From the human T2T-CHM13v2.0 reference genome, Homo sapiens, in NCBI RefSeq assembly GCF_009914755.1, contig NC_060947.1: 64,000 bases of DNA; one strand, 5' to 3'. Below, one piece after another: positions 51,103 to 64,000 of the stretch (positions are counted from its first letter, which is position 1; every line of letters begins with the position of its first letter). Position numbers and translations under genes: made by a program. The notes below the pieces were generated by a model. It was given only the letters and a program-made list of their open reading frames with translations. It was not told the origin of the DNA and searched no databases.

Positions 51103-51656
51103 TTAATTGTATTGAATAAGTACCCAAGATTTCATTGATTCAAGATTCCTTTATTTCTGGAAGTGAATTACTGGTAATAATGAATAAAGAAGTTTCTTTT
51201 AAAGAAGGGGTTCTTTAGCACAAAAGGAATGCTTCCCTCCAGAGCAGACAGGATTCCGTAGTAGTTTTCAATAAGGCAGTGTCATTTCGTAGTCCTTAGA
51301 CAGAAAAAGCCAGAGCTACGCTCATTTCCGACATTAGAGAATTATGCCACATGTAATTGAAGCACTGTGATAAGATGTCATCCACCCGACAGTTTGAAGG
51401 AATGTACTTCAAGACCTGGGAATTATAAGCCAAAGTTATGAATAACCACAATGTTGATGGATTGCCACTAAAACTGTCAGAGAAGATTCCACTGATGTGT
51501 TGTTTCCAGGGTCTCAGCAGTAGTGATAGTAACAGCAGTAACAGAATTAACAGCAATAACAGCTGAAGCAGCAGCAGGAGTAGCAGTAACATCAGCATTG
51601 TTTATTCATTGTCTACTCTGTCACGCCAGAGCCAAACGTTATACATATATAATATA

Positions 51657-52694
<1,038 letters not shown>

Positions 52695-53139
52695 GTATAT
52701 ATATTCCTTACAACTTTGCAAGAATATCACCATTACATGCCTCTCACTGATGAGGAAGCTGAGACTGAACAAGTTCAGGTAATTTACTCAAGGCTACACA
52801 GCTGTTCAGATACAAAACCAGGATTGAAACCTAGGACTGTTATTTCGAGGCTACACTCTCTTCAGCAGCCCCCCCAGCCACCGAATATCACAGTGGTATG
52901 GACAAACAGATATTTTTCAGTGTGGAGGATTAGAAACAGTAGAAGTCATGCACAGCAGCCTCTCCAAGTTTGTTGATGATATTAAGCTTTTTCAGGTGGT
53001 CAAATACCAAACTGACAAGAATCAAACTGCAGAAGGGTTTCAAAATCAGAGAAGAGAGGTATATGAGTATGAGCATGAGGTGAACTATGGTGTGGCCAAG
53101 TATAAGGTAGCATAATATAGGGGAAATATCTTAATACTA

Positions 53140-53219
53140 TTAGATTGGTGCAAAAGTAATTGCGGTTTTTGCCATTGAAAGTAATGGGAAAAACCGTGAT
53201 TACTTTGGCACTAACCTAA
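53140..53219. mobile_element. MADE1 (80-bp Hsmar1 mariner MITE), TA-flanked
   Basis: ttagattggtgcaaaagtaattgcggtttttgccatt-gaaagt-aatgggaaaaaccgtgattactttggcactaacctaa palindrome with TA on both sides. Confidence 0.9.
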
Positions 53220-54267
53220 TATTTATAAATGACAATTACGACTAAAGTGAACCCAGGAGCATTGATAGACATTCCTTAAAAATATTAGTCTGGTGAGCTT
53301 GAGAAACCAAGAAATATAATGGTATGCTTATCTTTAGTACTATGTGCTTCAACAGTGACCCTCAAGAAAGCCACTGGGTTAGGAAAAGAGAGTTAATAGT
53401 CATTGATTGTGAAGGTGGTGTGAGGAGGCTGGAATGAAAAACTGGGTGAAGATTCGAACTATTTCTATCTGAATAAAATTAAGACAAATAAAATCAGGAA
53501 AGGTAGTCACAATGTAGCAATAATCGTAACAATGTTGGATTGCATTCCTGTGTGCCAATCACTGTTCTAAGTGGGATATACATATACTGTATTAACTCAA
53601 TTAATTCCCTCAATTCTGAGTAGATGCTGTTACATGCAATTTACAAATAAGGAAAATGAGACACAGAGCCTAAAGTCACACACACAAATCTAATCACTGG
53701 TAGGGGAGGAATTCCAACCTAGGCAGTCTGCTGCAGAGCCTGGGCTCTAACCACTCCACTGCACTGCACCTGTAAGGGTGCAGAGAGGGTTTACTGCAGA
53801 GTCAGGTATTGAATCTTGGACCTTGTAATCCTAGTATTAAGACACTCTCTTGAAGCTGTTTAAACAGGAAGTAAGACTTTACAGAGTAAGAAACTCGTTA
53901 ATGGATAATAGGCTGAAAATAGTAATAGTTCCAAGAAAAGTAGGTAGATTAATAAGCCAAGCATGAGTTACAGAGAAGCTAGATACGATTAAGTCTGAAA
54001 CTTCTCGAGTTTGAAATCATGTAAAGTGACTGTCCGTTATGTATTCCTTAGATTTTATGAACACAATGACCATACTATTTTTCCTGATATAATTTCCAAA
54101 AATATGAAAATGATTTTTTGAGAGCCTTGCTCTGCCACCCTTGAGTGCAGTGTGTGGGTTTATTTCTGGACTCTCATTCTATTCCACTTCTCTTTTTCTA
54201 CCCTGTGGCAGGACCACACTGTTCTGATTACTTTAGCTTTGTGCCAAGTGTTTTTTCTTTTTTTTGA

Positions 54268-54525
<258 letters not shown>

Positions 54526-54599
54526 TGAGCTGCCACGCCTGACATGAAAATGATTATTGCTAGCCTCGTTACATGTTCCACCTTACAAGTGGTTCATGA

Positions 54600-55397
<798 letters not shown>

Positions 55398-55755
55398 CCT
55401 CAGGGCTTTTGCACTTGTTTCCCCTCTCTAGAAAGCTCCTCTGACAGATACCCAGGTGGCTCACTTCCTCACCTCCTTCAGGTCTTTACTCAAATGCCAT
55501 CTTCTCAAGGAGGCCCAACTTGACCATCAAATTTAAAACGGCAACCTCTCAACCACCAACCTGTATGTTGCTATCTCCCTTATTTTCCTCCGTAGACTTC
55601 ATCACCATTAACATACTATACGTTATTTACTTTCTATTGTCTGTCTCCCAACACAGAAATTTAAGTCCCATGAAGGCAGAGATTTCAGTTTGTATTTCCA
55701 ACAACTACAACAGTGCCAGGCACATAGTAGGTAATATTTACCGAATAAATGAGAC
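55398..55755 (+). mobile_element. L2 3'-end fragment
   Basis: cctcagggcttttgcactt...cacctccttcaggtct...gtgccaggcacatagtagg...gaataaatga. Confidence 0.7.
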
Positions 55756-55779
55756 TGAGAGGCTGGGCGCAGTGGCTCA

Positions 55780-56112
<333 letters not shown>

Positions 56113-57514
56113 TCATTTAGTGTTTTTTTAAAAAATAATAATAGTGATGGACTGAAACTGAGCCAACCATACCTTTTATTCAGTTGAAAACAAAAAAGGA
56201 CACATGCATGACATGGCTATTTCTGAATCAGGTGAAATAACTAACAGTCTGAAGGTGAAGAGGGATCAGATTGTCAAGCTAAAACTCACTAACACCTATT
56301 AAAACTCAACTGCTTATAACAAGTAAGCTTAGTACTGACTGCATAAATAGTTTTATTTAAACAAAGTTTAAAAAAAGTGATGCTATGGGACACATAACTT
56401 CCAGAGCATTAAACTTTAAAATAACTTGATACATAGTATAAGAAACAGAATCCTATGGAAGAACACAAAACTGTACCTCTACCTAAAATACTGCTATAGC
56501 AAGAATGTGGTTTTCTGTATTTTTGAACTGTGATAGAGACAGAGAAAATATCTGTAAATAAAAAGAAGACCAATGCTAAAAATGCAAATAAGTTGTTATT
56601 TCTGGGAAAAAGTTTAAAACTTAAAGTTGGGTGTCATTAATGCTGCTGAATGAAAATGATTTTAAATGGCAAATTTCATACATTTTACCATAATAAAAAA
56701 AGTAAAAAAAAAATGGGTAGAAAAATGGTGTTTGACAAAACATCCTAGAGAAAGGTATGGAAAGAAAAGGATTACCAAGTCCACGACTATGACATAAGCC
56801 CCTTTTGGAGATTTGGGAAAATCATTTAGAGCAGAAATCTGTTTGGAAAATTAAAATTAATGGATTCAACTCCTGACTATGAATTGCAAGGAGTATACTA
56901 CATAGCAGTGGCCAATGACACTGGCTTTCAGTGTTTCAAAGTATATCAAAGCAGTTTTAATTTTCTTTTTTTTTTTAAAGCAGGGTCTTGCTTTGTGGCT
57001 TAGGCTGGAATGCAGTGGCATGATCATAGTTCACTGCAGCCTCGAACTTCTGGGCTCAAGCGATCCTCCTGCCTCAGCCTCCTGAGTAGCTAGGACTACA
57101 GGCATATGCCACCACACCCAGCTTTTTTTTTTTTTTTTTTTTGTGGTAGGGACAGAGTGTTGCTATGTTGCCCAGGCTGGTCTTAAACTCCTGGCTCCCA
57201 CCTCAGCCTCTCAAAGTATTGGGGATTACTGGCATGAGACATTGTACCTGGTCCAGTTCTAATTTTGGAGTTAAAAAACACCCATATTGAGTCAAATGAC
57301 TTCAGAGCCTGCCCACCTTCATGACTATTAAGATCACAAAGGGGGCTTTTGCTAGCTGCTCAAGAAATTAGTAAAGTGTAAATAGTTTGCTTTTAACTGT
57401 GCTGGAGGAAAAAGTACAAGATGTGCTCAGCAGATAAAGCTTTCAGTCTGCAGGTCAAGCAATCAGGCTCCACGGAACTAGGAGCAAAGCAATGCTCCTA
57501 TAGTTATATGATAG

Positions 57515-59781
<2,267 letters not shown>

Positions 59782-59797
59782 CTATTTCAATGAGCAG
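59782..59797 (-). CDS. ZNF280C: ZNF280C last exon, coding part (..GCSLK*)
   Basis: Poly-T tract + ttaaag|C TGC TCA TTG AAA TAG; phase matches the previous exon. Confidence 0.8.
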
Positions 59798-59921
59798 CTT
59801 TAAGAAAAAAAAAAAAAAACTTTAATATTTTTCATTTATATTAATATTAATGATTCATTAAAAAATACAACAGTGCTAAAGTCCATCAAAGCAAAATGCA
59901 CTGAAGGAAAATTAAACTTAC

Positions 59922-59958
59922 CCAGTAGTGGGTTCAGAAGTTGAGGTACTTTTGGAAA
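59922..59958 (-). CDS. ZNF280C: ZNF280C penultimate exon (37 nt)
   Basis: tttcag|TT...GG|gtaagt; continues the frame as VSKSTSTSEPTTG. Confidence 0.85.
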
Positions 59959-60101
59959 CTGAAATCAAAAGAGTTTTACATTTACAATAGCATATATGAA
60001 GAGTGAGACTATCAATTTAATACATGGGTCCATATGGTGTCCGATCAAAAGTACTGAAATAAATATCAGAAAATCAAAGAAACACAATTATATATACGTA
60101 C

Positions 60102-60220
60102 CATTCTCTATTATAACTTGGCAAGTATGAGTTTTACGTTGACTTAAGTGTTTAGCCATACGATCTAAGCCGGAAGAATCAGCTAGGAAATCACATTTAA
60201 GGCACACTAGAGTAATGCCC
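60102..60220 (-). CDS. ZNF280C: ZNF280C third-from-last coding exon (degenerate zinc finger)
   Basis: tttcatag|G...G|gtacgt, 119 nt; GITLVCLKCDFLADSSGLDRMAKHLSQRKTHTCQVIIEN with CxxC...H...H spacing; ZNF280 family and consistent with the known gene order. Confidence 0.88.
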
Positions 60221-60373
60221 CTATGAAAAAAAAGAAGACAGTAAGAAATATTCTTATCATTTATGAAAATCCATATGAGCTCAATAATTACTTTTCCATG
60301 TACTAACTTGATTTGCATTTTAGTCTCCACAACCGTCATTTTCCAATTTTGTTATATAAACTTGATATATTTA

Positions 60374-63816
<3,443 letters not shown>

Positions 63817-64000
63817 TAAAAATACAATAAAAATTTCCTCTATGAGCTGTTGGTCCAACATTATCCACATAATTCATTTTCAACATATACATTAACTTAT
63901 TCAACAAATATTTACCAAGTGCCTACTATGTGCCAGGTACTATGTGCCTGGCAAACATCTGTCAACATGAGCAAAATAATTAACAAAGGAAGATGGAGTC

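Noticed and set aside
51296-51598. ORF with a poly-Leu, signal-peptide-like N-terminus
   Set aside because: The Leu run comes from a degenerate (AGC/AGT/AAC) trinucleotide tract at about 51518-51597; the remainder is unrecognisable.

Overview
Human (primate) genomic DNA; the gene order AIFM1/RAB33A/ZNF280C places it at Xq26, and a full-length AluYa5 supports human origin. On the minus strand are AIFM1 exons 1-6, including the mutually exclusive exons 2a and 2b, with a CpG-island promoter at about 20.0-21.1 kb. The complete two-exon RAB33A gene (237 aa) lies divergently on the plus strand (CDS 26869-27126 + 39090-39545). The last three coding exons and 3' UTR of ZNF280C lie on the minus strand at about 57.5-60.2 kb. 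The rest is very Alu-dense, with MER20, MER58, MER5, MER30, MER47 and MADE1 DNA-transposon relics, an MLT1 LTR, and L1/L2/MIR fragments. I found no CRISPR, RNA gene or new protein-coding system, and almost all other ORF-track entries are Alu or GC-rich artefacts. The most unexpected signals are structural: a non-Alu inverted duplication of about 280 bp per arm (49.3-50.1 kb), an Alu-Alu micro-inversion shown by a flipped target-site duplication (TSD), two locally templated Alu-fragment insertions, a chimeric Alu with captured foreign flank, and a tandem duplication of about 300 bp in the ZNF280C 3' UTR. Candidate regulatory features are two coupled (TAATG) uORFs upstream of the AIFM1 ATG and an extra acceptor or 6-nt microexon just upstream of AIFM1 exon 2b. 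Repeat boundaries, subfamily names and identity values are by-eye estimates.
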